The notes under the pieces are model-generated. The model had not been told where the DNA came from. It saw only the letters and a program-made list of their open reading frames with translations, and ran no database searches. A DNA stretch of 63,908 nucleotides, the filler included, from Blastocystis sp. subtype 4 (taxonomy: Eukaryota): the NCBI RefSeq assembly GCF_000743755.1. It is 3 parts of 3 records of this genome, joined end to end, with 100 filler letters (N's around TTAATTAATTAA, not from the genome) between each part and the next. Parts side by side here need not be neighbours in the genome. Positions count along the whole stretch, not along the records: positions 24,428 to 48,735 come from NW_014569385.1; positions 48,836 to 63,908 come from NW_014569294.1; 1 more part is not named here. One strand, given 5' to 3'. Below are positions 38,468 to 50,012 of this stretch, in pieces. Within the stretch, counting starts at the first letter, position 1, and each line of letters starts with the position of its first letter. The translations under genes were made by a program, and so were the position numbers.

Positions 38468-39600
38468 ATGAGTTACGGACTCCTAAAACATCTGAATCCG
38501 AGTGAAACTGAGATCCAAGATCGGGCGAAAGCTGATATTCAATTTGCCATTAATCAGTATGTGATAGAACCGTCAGTATTGATTGCTCTTCATGATGAAC
38601 TGACGAAGGAATGTAGCGTCCCCAATCCTGACTATTCGGCTATTATGTACTTGTTCTTCTCGTTCATTGCACTCCGTGATTATTATGGGACCCTTGTGAA
38701 ATCGGGATCTGTAAGTGCATCGGATGCTAATAGATTTAAAGTATATTTCATATTGGAATTAGATTCTAGCTTGTCCTGAGTCGGAATATTCCAGATATCA
38801 ACTGGATTATTGAAAAACGGAGATCTCTAGCTTATAGTCGAATTCCATATACACCTCATCAGGTGAATGTTTTGTCTTTGTTTCAGTTTTCGCCTTTGAA
38901 ACCAAGAAATTACTCTAGAAATAGTTCTGCCATCAGTTATGATTTGTATTCTTCAGTTAAGCAAACTTCGCAGGATATACGTTCTGTTCTTCCTGTTCGA
39001 TCATCTGTAAATCCTGTGGGTGCTCCTCCTGTGTTGAATGCAACAGTAACTCCTCCTACTATAAGTATGACACATTCTCGCGAGGTTCCACCTCCAACCG
39101 TAAATACGACCGTATCTCCTCCAACTGTAGCAACGACTCCCACTCAGGTTGAAGTCTCTCCTTTAGCTCCTTCCAGCTCATCCCAGTATTATAGTGGTAG
39201 TAGTATTTCTTCAGCATATAACAGCACTTCAGGATACAGTACGCCTACCGTCTATCCACTCCAGTCAACGTATTGTCCAACTGATCCTATGTATTATCAA
39301 TCCTTCAACAACTCCTTTACCTCTCCTCCTCAGAACCAAGGATTATCTTCCTCATATATGACTCCTGTGGAAGTACAACGAGGTTATTCCCCGTCTGCAT
39401 ATCTACAGTCTCGTTCTGGTTATGTTTCTCTTGGAACACCAGGTGTAGTGGGAATGGGGATGCAACCTGGTACTATATCTGCTGATATGTTAAAACAAGA
39501 GTTTAAGAGCATGTTGGCTCTGGATGCGATTCCTGATTATGACTATCTTGAATTCGGGAAGACGGATATTGAACACTCCTGTAAAGTTCTCACTCTATAA
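38468..39600 (+). CDS. Hypothetical protein: helical N-domain, Ser/Thr/Pro/Tyr-rich C-half
   Basis: Two ORFs joined by a ~29-nt intron; TAA followed by TGTTGGTT. Confidence 0.65.
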
Positions 39601-39634
39601 TATGTTGGTTGAAACAAACATAATCTAAAAGCAA

Positions 39635-41599
39635 TTATTCCTTCTTTCTCTTTTTTGTCACCGAATCCACTAATTTCGCCATGTTTTTCGTCTTCACGAA
39701 CATTGGATTCGTCACATCAATGCTATAATCGGAGTTGGTAACCAGACCTCTGAAACGAGGATCATCCGTATTAATCTACCCAGTATACTTCCTCTCCACT
39801 CATACCTCAAAATCATCTTGAACATCCTGCTTTGATCGCTTCTTATTCTTCTTTCCCTGTTTCTCTGCATCCTTACGAATCTCCTTCATATCAAAGTTAT
39901 GTTTGAGTTCATCTCCCTCATCAATCATTAACAACTCGAGTTCTGCTCGCTTCTTTGCATCCTCTGGGTCCTCCTTCTTCTCCTTCTTTCCTTTCTTTCC
40001 TTTCTTTCCCTTTCGGTTACGATGGTTCTCTGCATCCAGATCAGCAAACAAATCTTCCTCCTCTTCTGCCTCGACACCCATCTCATCTTCTTCCTGTACT
40101 TTCTGCTTTCGCTTCTCCTTCATCTTACGACGATACTCCTCGTAAATACTCAATGATTCCTTTGCCTTGTCTTCTTTCGCCTTCTCCTCCAGATTCTATC
40201 TCTCACCAATCTTATCATTCTCTTACTTTGCTTAGCGTGGATTTCAAACCAGGAATGAATGTGATGTCTGCATCCTTCTCTTCCTCTTCATCATCCATTT
40301 CCTCCTCTGTTCCCTTCAAAAACGATGCATACTTCGTACGTACATCTTCTTCCTATACCTCATCTCCTTTCCTCACACTCACGTCCTCTTCATCACTATC
40401 TGAAGAAGCCAAGTAATTACTATAATCAATCTCTCCCTTCTCATTCTTCTTTGACGAACGACCTTTCACCAATTCATTCGTACGCTTCTTGTCTTCTCCA
40501 TCCCAACTCAGCTGGACATTGCTGTGGCTGGACACATCATTAAAATTGGTGACAGAAGGATTGTAATTCTCAGGAACAAAGGTTGCCTTGTCCTTGATTG
40601 AACTTGTATCAAACACCATATCATCTGGAATAAAACGAAGATCCAGAATACTTCCTGTTCGCTAGTCTAACACACATACCTCAGTTCGTACCATAAACTC
40701 TGTGCCATCTGTCAGTTCATACAGACTATTTGCTGTGAACTTGTTATCACATTCGATCACAGCAAAGTAATAACGACGTCGTTCACGCTCGTATTTCCTC
40801 AGTCCTAGAGTCCATTCTTATTCTTTCCCCTACGTGCCTCATCCACTTTCTCTTCCTGTTCAATGTCTTCCTCGTCGAAAGACTCCCTATCCTCTACGAT
40901 ACGACCTTCTGGACCGTATTTCTCCTCTTCTTCCAGTCGCTTCTTACCAAATTCTGAAGGATAAATTGTCACACTGTACACTGAACCACCTTGCGAGAAT
41001 GATTTGAAGACGGATAGAAGATCCACTGCCTAGAAGTCACAGAAGAATCCAAATCCGACAGAAATAATATCCCAATTCAGATTAACACAAGCAAGACGAC
41101 GAGTAGCTTCTCCATCTTCGATCTATACATTATCGTCTTGTAAAACACACACCACTTCTTCTTCCTCCTCCTCTTCTGGTTCTTGTTGCAGTAATACCTC
41201 ATCTTCCACCTCCGACTCGGAACTACTTTCCATATCACTCGCCTCTCCACGAGCTCGTCTCTAACCTTGAGCTGAGGTCATATTCCGTACATTCAGCTCA
41301 TCAAGTTGAGCAAGCAAATCATCCTCCGAGTCCTCTTCATCTTCTAACAATAAACCAATTATTCCTCATTCCAAACTCTTGTGCTGTTTCCGATCAGTGC
41401 CAAAACTCTTCTTGAAACGCTCATCCACTTCTCCCTTCACTTTGTCCTTTTTGATCGATCGAAATCTCTAAGCAACTCATTCACAATTTATATCAAATAC
41501 GGGATCGTTCTTAATATCGGCAAAACGAGGATCTTGATCAATGGCTTGTTCTACTTCCTTCTTTTTAGAACTAGCAGAGTTATTTCTTTGTTTTGGCAT
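39635..41599 (-). CDS. ESF1: Pre-rRNA processing protein ESF1
   Basis: DPRF, TRRLACVNLNWD, VTIYPSEFGKKRLEEEEKYGP, RYYFAVIECD, DLRFIPDDM, C-terminal NUC153 (DDPRF..IDVTNP). Confidence 0.93.
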
Positions 41600-41972
41600 T
41601 ATTTAAGTATACTCCCAAACAACAATGGGTGGTTGTGGGGAGTTTCATTGCTGGATGAAACAACATTTTTAATAGAGATTCAAAGACAGTTCCCTATGAT
41701 AATGTATGGGATCACTCAAGACCGTGGGTGACTGTGTTGTTTCTCCCATATCTCAACTTTTAGCTCTTAAATAATTCTGTATCATATTTTGGAATCCAAA
41801 GTTCGGGAATAACGTGCTCGCCTTAGCATCCAGGAGATGATGGGCAACTGTGACGGAAACAAAGTCGATAATACGTATCATAAACGAAGATTTCAAGTGG
41901 AGTCTTCTTCGTCGAAAAGAGCGAAGCAACTTGACAAGGTGGCTTCGTCTTCAAACATATACTCTGCAAAGA

Positions 41973-44561
41973 ATGTCAAGAGGAACTATTTCATTAGCAA
42001 TCCTACTTTCTCAGTTGCTAGTTAGTGCATTTGCAGTTGGTAAGCATGATCTGAGAACTTGACAGAAAGGATGTGTTGAGAATGAAGTTGTATGCTCGAC
42101 AATGTATGGACAAATATCTACAACCCAGTGCACTCGATACTTCCGACAATGTTTCAATGGAGAATGGGCAACTCCCCAAGAAGTGGCTCGAGGAACCTAC
42201 TGTTATCGTGGGCATCAGGTGAACACAGCTACTTGCAATCAACGTGGAGGTATGAGCTGTTCGTTCACGGGTATTCGATGTATTGACGGGGATATGAATG
42301 TCATTACAACACAGTGCACAGATTATTATCAGTTGTGCAACAATGGAGTCACAAGTGATGCCCTAGGAACCGATGGTTCATATTTGTGATCTATTTCATA
42401 TCTAGATGGGTATGCTTGTTATCAAGGAGCTGTTGTGGCAACAACAGAGTGTCCTACTACTACTTGCTCCTTCACAGGTCCAGTTTGTGTGACCAAGCTT
42501 AATCAGATTGTATACGATACATATACTGATTACTATGCTCTTTGTGAGAATGGAATCATCTCCTATCCCTATCCTGTGGGTCCTGGGATTCAATGCTACA
42601 ATGGAGAAGCTGTTTATTCATCAGGAACGGTGCCAGAAGAGAATTATACTTGTGACTTCGAGGGTATTCGTTGCTTAAGTACAGATGGAGTTTTCCAGAG
42701 TGGATACTGTCTTGAAAACTACCGTCGTTGTGTGGATGGATTGTTATCAGCCCAACAAACTGTGGATCAGGGATATATTTGTAACAGTGGTCAGATCCGT
42801 TCTTGTGATAATTGTCAGTGTCGTGCTCCTATCCATCGTTGCAGTTTTGTTGGGATTCAGTGTGTTACGGAATTTGGATACGTAACAACAGAATTCGCAA
42901 CAGACTATTATCGCGAATGTGTGAATGGATATTCAACCATTCCTTCAAGACCTCCCAATAACTATAAGTGTAAAGATAAAGGATTTGTATTGCCTACAAC
43001 GTGTGATTACATATTACCCAATTCTTTATGTAATTTCTGTCATAATATCTGTGTAAATGAAGATGGAACGAGAAATGATTATTCATGTACAAGCTACTAT
43101 GCCACTTGTCAGAATAATCTTGTGAATACTACTCTTGTGCCTGCTGGGTATCAGTGTCTCAGGGGACAACTTATCCTTTCTGATTTCTGTTCTGTCAAGC
43201 CGACAGAGCCTCCTACTACAATGCCTCCTACTACAATGCCTCCTACTACGGAGCCACCTACCACTGAACCTCCTACCACTGAACCACCAACTACCCAACC
43301 TCCTACTACTCAACCTCCTACAACACAACCTCCTACCACTGAACCTCCTACAACTGAACCACCTACTACTCAACCACCCACTACTCAACCTCCAACCACT
43401 GAACCTCCTACTACCGAACCACCTACTACGCAACCTCCTACTACGCAACCTCCTACTACGCAACCACCCACATTACCTCCCTGTCCAACTACTGAGGCAC
43501 CAACGACACTCCCTCCTTGTCCTCCTACAGACGAACCTACTCCTACTCCATGTATGACATGTCCTCGAGGCCCTACTGGTCCGAGAGGAGAGACTGGAGC
43601 AACAGGTCCAACTGGTGAGCCAGGAGAAATGGGTCCTCAGGGTCCTACAGGTCCAACGGGAGAACCTGGTGAAACAGGCCCTGTGGGTCCCAGAGGACCT
43701 GCTGGACTTGATGGAATTCCTGGAATGGAGGGTCCAACAGGTCCAACGGGAGAGCCAGGTCCTCAAGGACCTCAAGGAGTGACGGGACCTCAGGGACGAC
43801 AGGGTCCTCAGGGTCCTCAAGGTGCTGAGGGACCCACTGGAGAGCCGGGACCCAGTGGAGCGCCTGGAGCTACGGGAGCTACGGGAGCAACAGGTCCTAT
43901 GGGTCCTACAGGACCTACTGGAGCACCTGGACCCAGTGGAGCACCTGGAGCAACAGGGGCAACAGGCGAAGAAGGACCAGAAGGACCAGAGGGTCCAACT
44001 GGAGCACCTGGTGCTACAGGAGCTACAGGTCCCACGGGAGCGCCAGGAGTCAGAGGAGGCACTGGTCCCAGAGGAGCTACAGGTGAAAGAGGAGCTACGG
44101 GAATAACTGGAGCAACTGGAGCGACAGGTCCCTCTGCGAGTATTGAGGAGGATGAGCGTCTTCTTCAGTCTATGAACTTTGTAGAGAAGAACAACCTCCA
44201 GTTGACCCGTTCGGTAACTAATCGGCTAACAGTCATCATTCCATCCGATACATCCAGTCAACTGGATATGTGTGAGGTGGCGGCGTAGGAACGAAATTGA
44301 AATATGAGAACTAGAGTGAATGTAGTAGTTCAAGAACGTCAGACAACCTCCGTGGCTCCTTCTCCGACAACCATCACTTTCTCCTGTGCAACAAGTTGTC
44401 CTTCAACAATGGATTTGAGTTCATATTGTGAGTATGAGGGCTGAATCTGATTCATAGCGCTTCCACTTACAAATGCTTGTGTCCAAGTGGTCATTGATTG
44501 GAATTGCAGTGATCCAGCAGAAACAATTCCTGTGACAATGAGATGGGTGTGCTATAACTAA
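41973..44561 (+). CDS. Secreted protein: six Cys-rich modules, PPTT mucin stalk, collagen triple-helix domain, Cys-containing C-domain
   Basis: Signal peptide [21 protein letters not shown]; four short introns; domains read directly from the translation. Confidence 0.88.
43209..43463 (+). repeat. Coding tandem repeat, 17 x 15 nt, PPTT[E/Q/M]
   Basis: Counted in the translation; synonymous positions vary between units. Confidence 0.95.
43569..44135 (+). repeat. 63 uninterrupted Gly-X-Y triplets
   Basis: GPTGPRGET...GATGATGPS, counted by hand. Confidence 0.95.
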
Positions 44562-44587
44562 TCTGTTTATTCTATAACAAAAATGAG

Positions 44588-46401
44588 AGCAATCTACCAT
44601 AGAATACTTCTTTTCACGCACTTGATGCACAATATCATTTAAATCATTTGTGAAATTCAAAGGAGGTACATAAAAGACTTTGTTTGTAAGATCGAGTTTT
44701 CTTCGAATGTAAACATAATCCCTTTTGTTCACAATCTTCGAATAGCGAATAGATCGATATATCAAATCCGAATTTCTACAAATTGATCGATAATACGGTT
44801 CGAAGAACAGAGGAGGGAAGATCTCCACCAGTCCACTGTATGGTAACATAAAGAGAATATTAGTGAGTCCAGCACCATGAACTGATACCATTACATCAAT
44901 TGGGAACATAGATACAACCTGTTCTGAAAATGACATTTTCTGGTTCACTTGAATAGTGAGTTGAGTCTATGAATTAAAAGTCCTCAGTACAACCACATCA
45001 CTAGTATTCTGAAGAATTGATAGAATCTCATCCTGATTAATCATTCCTCGATTACGAGTATTTCTATCCACAAAGCGTAAATGAAGCTTATCTGGAGGAG
45101 ACAGAGGTAATGGTGTACGGTACCGTTTATAGGCAAGAAGACGAATTTGATAAGCCTCTTTCTTATCAATAAAACATTTGATCATATCTGTTATAATTGG
45201 TACGATTATCTCATTATCAAAGAGAAATAATGATTATACAGCACTAGAAGAACAAAGTATACCCCCTGCCTGTTTGTATTCATCATTTTCAACAAAGTGA
45301 GGAGTGAGATCAATTCCATTAACATCAGCTTTGAAAGTATCCATAACAAGATCTTGGTAGCCTCGAGCATAACGATAATGACCTTTGAAATCGTGTGTAT
45401 AGTGATTCATAAAGTCGATGGAAGGGAAGGGAACAATGGTTTTCATCTACAATCAATACATTGATTATCAGATACAGGAGGGAACATTTGATTAAGTAAA
45501 ACATATCGAATCAGCTGAATACTCCATTCTGAGTGATGATACATGTTGTTCCAACCACGACCCATTATCACATACATACCATCCACAATACGATGAGAAG
45601 AAGGAAAGGGAGCATAGTGAGGCATCACATGAAGAATCTCACGGAAATTGCTCCGATCATTAGGAATTCGAAGGGACCGGACTGTAGAATTAAGGTAGAG
45701 ATAATGCGTATAATTGGTGGTATAAATATGAACAAGATTCGTGCTGTTCTCAATGCACACATTCTGTCCATACCACCAACCATACTTCGCATGCAGCCAT
45801 TCAGGAGCCTTAGATTCTTCTCGCTTCTTTTTCATAAACAAACTCCAGGTAACAGGATTCCTATGGTTCAGAACGAGGAAAAGAGAAACTTGGTGTTAAT
45901 TGTAAGGAATTTCCGATTTCGAATAGTATTCGTTGTTTGAGGAATCTGCCGAATCGATGCATTACACACAAGATCATCTTTATGGTACATAACAAATGGA
46001 TACGATAAATTTTTGTAATAATCAAATCGAATAACACTTGCATTTCGCAGAATCTCTTCAACAGAGATGTATCGATTGTCAACGTCCAGTCCAGGAAAAT
46101 CCTCATCTTTCCACTGCTTCTGAAAGAGACTTTGTGGAAGCTGCGGAGTTTCAATTCCTGTCTTCGTAGTTTCAACCACAGATGCATTTTCATAAAAATT
46201 CCTCAAGATTGGCCTTCTTTCTGCAGTGCGAGAAAGAATCACTGTCTCCGACTTCAATCCATTGGTTTCAATAACACAAGAACTGCACGGATACTTGGTT
46301 TTAATAAGAAATCTATCCCTATTCAAACGTTGCACACAGAAATAGCACAAAAGCAGCACAGTCATTCCAAACAAGAAACAGATCTCTCCCTGACCGCTCA
46401 T
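44588..46401 (-). CDS. GT61-family glycosyltransferase, type II membrane protein; stop inferred to be made by polyadenylation
   Basis: N-terminal TM; NNMYHH; RFVDRNTRNRGMINQDEI; MSFSEQV..DVMVSVHGAGLTNILFM..LVEIFP. Confidence 0.85.
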
Positions 46402-46540
46402 TGCTGCCCAAACGTGAGAATGCGGAGGTACTCAAAATCAAATGAGAAATGGAAAAAACAAAATATCTCATTCTTTCGGCAATGAAACGACCACTAGTTT
46501 TTGGTTTTGTCGCAGTGAAAACTGGAATAGAGATTGAATC

Positions 46541-47216
46541 ATGCCTGAAGATCTTGAGTATGCTCCTGATTGCGAGACTGTCGAAGATGCCAAGTTGAAG
46601 CTTCCTACTAAGGTAATTGACAAGGTGGAAACCAAGTCGGGAGAGGAAGATGAGGATCTGATCTATCACGAGTAGGGATTGAATAGGTGCACTCATAGGT
46701 GTATAGGCGTGCTAGATTGTTCCTTTTCTTTGCTGAGGATAAGTATGGTGATGAGGTTCGTAAGAATATTTGGAAGGAGAGAGGAACTGGAGATATTCGT
46801 ATTCTGAAGCATAAGGAAAGCAAACAAGAGAGAGTTGTCATGCGTCAGGAGAAAACTTTCAAGCTCATTTTGAATCACATTATTAATCCTATGACTGTTC
46901 TTGTAACCTTTCTGGTCTGGAGTGAATCTGTAGAAAGAAAGTGCTGGAAGTGACCGATCTTTTGCATTCTTCTGCGAAGACTTTGCTGACGGTGAGGTAA
47001 AGCCTGGAAACTATGCCATTCGGTTCAAGGACAATGCTACCGCTCAGGAGTTTAAGAAGCATTTTGACGAGGCTCGTCTTTGCAATGCCAAGTTGGTTCG
47101 TTGGGTGATGGATAATGGATAGGATCTTTGGAAAGAAGGTGGATCTGGAGACCGGAAAGATCGAGGATCTTGCTGCTGCTGAAACAGCTACTGAACCCGC
47201 TCCTAGTCAGGAGTAA
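46541..47216 (+). CDS. RANBP1: Ran-binding protein 1
   Basis: KSGEEDED, RARLF, WKERGTGDIRILKH, RVVMRQEKTFKLILNH, DFADGE, AIRFK. Confidence 0.93.
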
Positions 47217-47273
47217 GTATCCTTTACCAATTGTTTGTTACCTAATCAGGAACATCATTTTGTTTTGATATCC

Positions 47274-48122
47274 ATGACTTCTATTAGTAACTCGTTTCTT
47301 TTTGATGGATCAATTCAGAACAGTTTGAAAGACATATAAAGATGATTAGTAGAGTGCTTGGTATTTCTGAATACAACAATGGATTCTCGTCTCTTTAGGT
47401 TTTGTTCATGAGGAGGATTAATTGGGATAGGTATTTATGGAGTACAACAGCAATTCATGTGACAGCTGATGGAGCAGCGAATCTCTTGTATAGTATGTTT
47501 CCAGAAGATCGTGAAACCTTTATTCCGGATTTTATAATCGTTTCTTCTCTGTGAAGTAGTGAGTTCTAGGGTGATTTTGATTCGGCATCAGAAACAACTC
47601 TAAAATTCTATGAACAACATGGAACGACGATTCTAAAAGATCCAAGTCAGGATAATACCGATCTTGACAAGTGTTTGCTTCATATTCATGAACGTTATCC
47701 CAACGTCGTTTTGTCTGTAGTATCTAATTTGTAGCTTCACGTAGTTATCTATGGTGATCTGGGCGGTCGTTTTGATCATTCTTTCGGTATCATCAATTCG
47801 ATGATGGTTGCAAAGGATTTTTTTGAAGATTTGGTGCTTGTAGGACCTAGAGGGACTCTTCGTATCCTCAAGCCAGGAATGAATATAATTCACCGTTGTG
47901 ATGCATTCTTGAACAGAGATGGATTCACCTGTGGACTTATTCCAGTAGGTGGGTTTGTATGTTCTCATGTATCAACAACGGGATTGAAGTGGAATCTTCA
48001 GGATTCCTCTATGCAGTTTGGATACTTGGTCAGTTCTTCCAATTGCATGATTGACAACAGTGTTACTGTTGATTGTCCATATCCCTTAATCTGGACTCTA
48101 TCCATTCACTGGGCTCTGGATT
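47274..48122 (+). CDS. TPK1: Thiamine pyrophosphokinase; stop inferred to be made by polyadenylation
   Basis: TADGAAN, GDFDS, QDNTDLDKC, GGRFDH, CGLIP, TTGLKWNL, FGYLVSSSN. Confidence 0.92.
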
Positions 48123-48149
48123 CGTTTGTTTGTTATCATACTCACTAGC

Positions 48150-48735
48150 ATTACCTGTAGTTGTAGAATGACTAGAATGTGTGTGGATACCATGATGGAA
48201 GATGATAAGATTGATGCGAACAAAGAGGATGTAATAGTCAGCATATGCTACAATAACTGTATCTGTTTCATCATTCCATTTGTCACTCTGATCCAAGCAT
48301 GATGGATTGAAGTTGATTCAAATCCATTCATCATTCATCAATCATTCATACTATCAAATACTATCAAATGACACTTCCCAGAATGGGCATCCAATGAATG
48401 GATATGAGAGAAGGAAGATTCTTAGACTCAAATGATTCATAGTACATGAATGAACCCCTTTCAATGTGGATATGCTTCAGTTGATCACAGTTCATTATCA
48501 AACATTTGCTTCCTTGTCTATGCTTCTCATTGAGACAGAAGCTACCATATCCAATAATAACACCCTCCAATGCAGTCAATCCATCAATCACAAATTGATT
48601 CACATTCTCAAAACAATCATTTCCAATCTCAATTCATTTCAATGATATCAATGAATTGTTCAATATCAATGATGATATATCAGGATTGAAATGATCATCA
48701 ATAATCAGAGATTCAATACAACTAGTAACAATCAA
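48150..48735 (-). pseudogene. Degenerate fragment of an LRR-like (BspA-type) repeat gene
   Basis: LISLK*IEIGNDCFENVNQFVIDGL..IMNCDQLKHIHI..KNLPSLISI; in-frame TGA, apparent frameshift, probable loss of an intron acceptor; truncated by gap. Confidence 0.65.
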
Positions 48736-48835
48736 NNNNNNNNNNNNNNNNNNNNNNNNNNNNNNNNNNNNNNNNNNNNTTAATTAATTAANNNNNNNNN
48801 NNNNNNNNNNNNNNNNNNNNNNNNNNNNNNNNNNN
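48736..48835. other. Assembly gap linker N44-TTAATTAATTAA-N44
   Basis: Identical to 24328-24427. Confidence 0.97.
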
Positions 48836-48933
48836 TGATGGAACAGCACAGTGAGGTTGTGAGAAAGGAGGAGGAAGGAGTGAAGGTGGAGGAACAGGTT
48901 GCTCCTCTCCCTGGTGCTGGAGGCCGTCTGTAA
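48836..48933 (+). CDS. Possible 3' end of a gene cut by the gap
   Basis: Open frame MEQHSEVVRKEEEGVKVEEQVAPLPGAGGRL*; TGTTTGAA downstream. Confidence 0.35.
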
Positions 48934-49021
48934 GATGGAATCTCTTTTGATGACGAAAGTTGCTGATTAAAGGTTAAACACAGAGGTTACAACATCTGTT
49001 TGAAAGAAACAAAGTATCAAT

Positions 49022-49630
49022 CTAAGTAATTACACAACATCCCTTTGCATGCTTCTTGCAAAGAGGTTCATAACGCGTTAATGCCAAAAGCTGCTTCTGG
49101 TTGAATGCCTCCTGTCGATACTTCTTTACTGTTTGAATAGCATCAATATTCGACATTCCGTGTTCAATCAGGGCAATTGTGACAAGAGCAGGAGCTCTTC
49201 CAAGACCTGCCTTGCAATGAATCTACATGTCAGAAAGACTGATAAAAAATACGGATATTGTTGCCTTCGGATTCTTCGACTCAGGACCAAATCTAGAGTC
49301 ACATAAATCAACGAACTGCTTGACAACATCATCCGGAGGGATACTTCCATCAGCGAATACGAACACCTTTCTGTTATTTAAGTTTAGATTCAAATACATG
49401 ACTCTCAATATTAAGACTCTTCAGAAACTCATCAGAATAATGACACTCTTCGCAGGTACGTACAACGTCGGTAACGTTATAACTCTTGTAGAGCTTCTCA
49501 AATTCACTCAACTCAAAGTCACGGGGCATCTGTTTACTAAAAGAAGGATAGAAATACCTACACCGGTGATCAGGAACCGCATTCCATTTATTTCAAGGAA
49601 GGTTGGAGGAATCAGCATTCTACTGCCCAT
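49022..49630 (-). CDS. PRL/PTP4A-type prenylated protein tyrosine phosphatase
   Basis: MRFLITDAP, RTCE, FADGSIPP, HCKAGLGRAPALV, C-terminal CaaX (CVIT). Confidence 0.9.
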
Positions 49631-50012
49631 AGGTTAGTTTCGTTCAAGTGAAGAGGAATGGTTCTGCAACATCCTTCAGGTTTGTTAAGTCACTTACTTA
49701 CATTAATTGACTACAGGGTAGCTGGTATGGTTCACTAATAGTGAAAATCGTGGTGAAGGGAAGAATCATGGGGATTTCAAGATTCTTATTATCGACAATA
49801 GGTGATCCAAATCGGGTCATTTTCCTTTCTTTATATTTCTGTTGACTTGATCCTCTAAGTAATTAACAAATTCTCTTAATCACGTTGTCGGAATGTTTGT
49901 TGGCGCTTCAAAGTTCCTTTTTCTTCTCTTTTGGAATACTTAATAAGCAGATCACAGTATGAAATTCAAATTCATAACGATTTAACAAACAAATCATGAA
50001 ATGGGGGAGATA

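Noticed and set aside
43209..43463. Regularly spaced repeats as a possible CRISPR array
   Set aside because: No unique spacers; 15-nt coding repeat in a eukaryotic gene.
43083..44106. Arg-rich, Leu-rich and Pro/Gly ORFs in other frames over the repeats
   Set aside because: Shadow ORFs caused by the repetitive PPTT and GXY codons.
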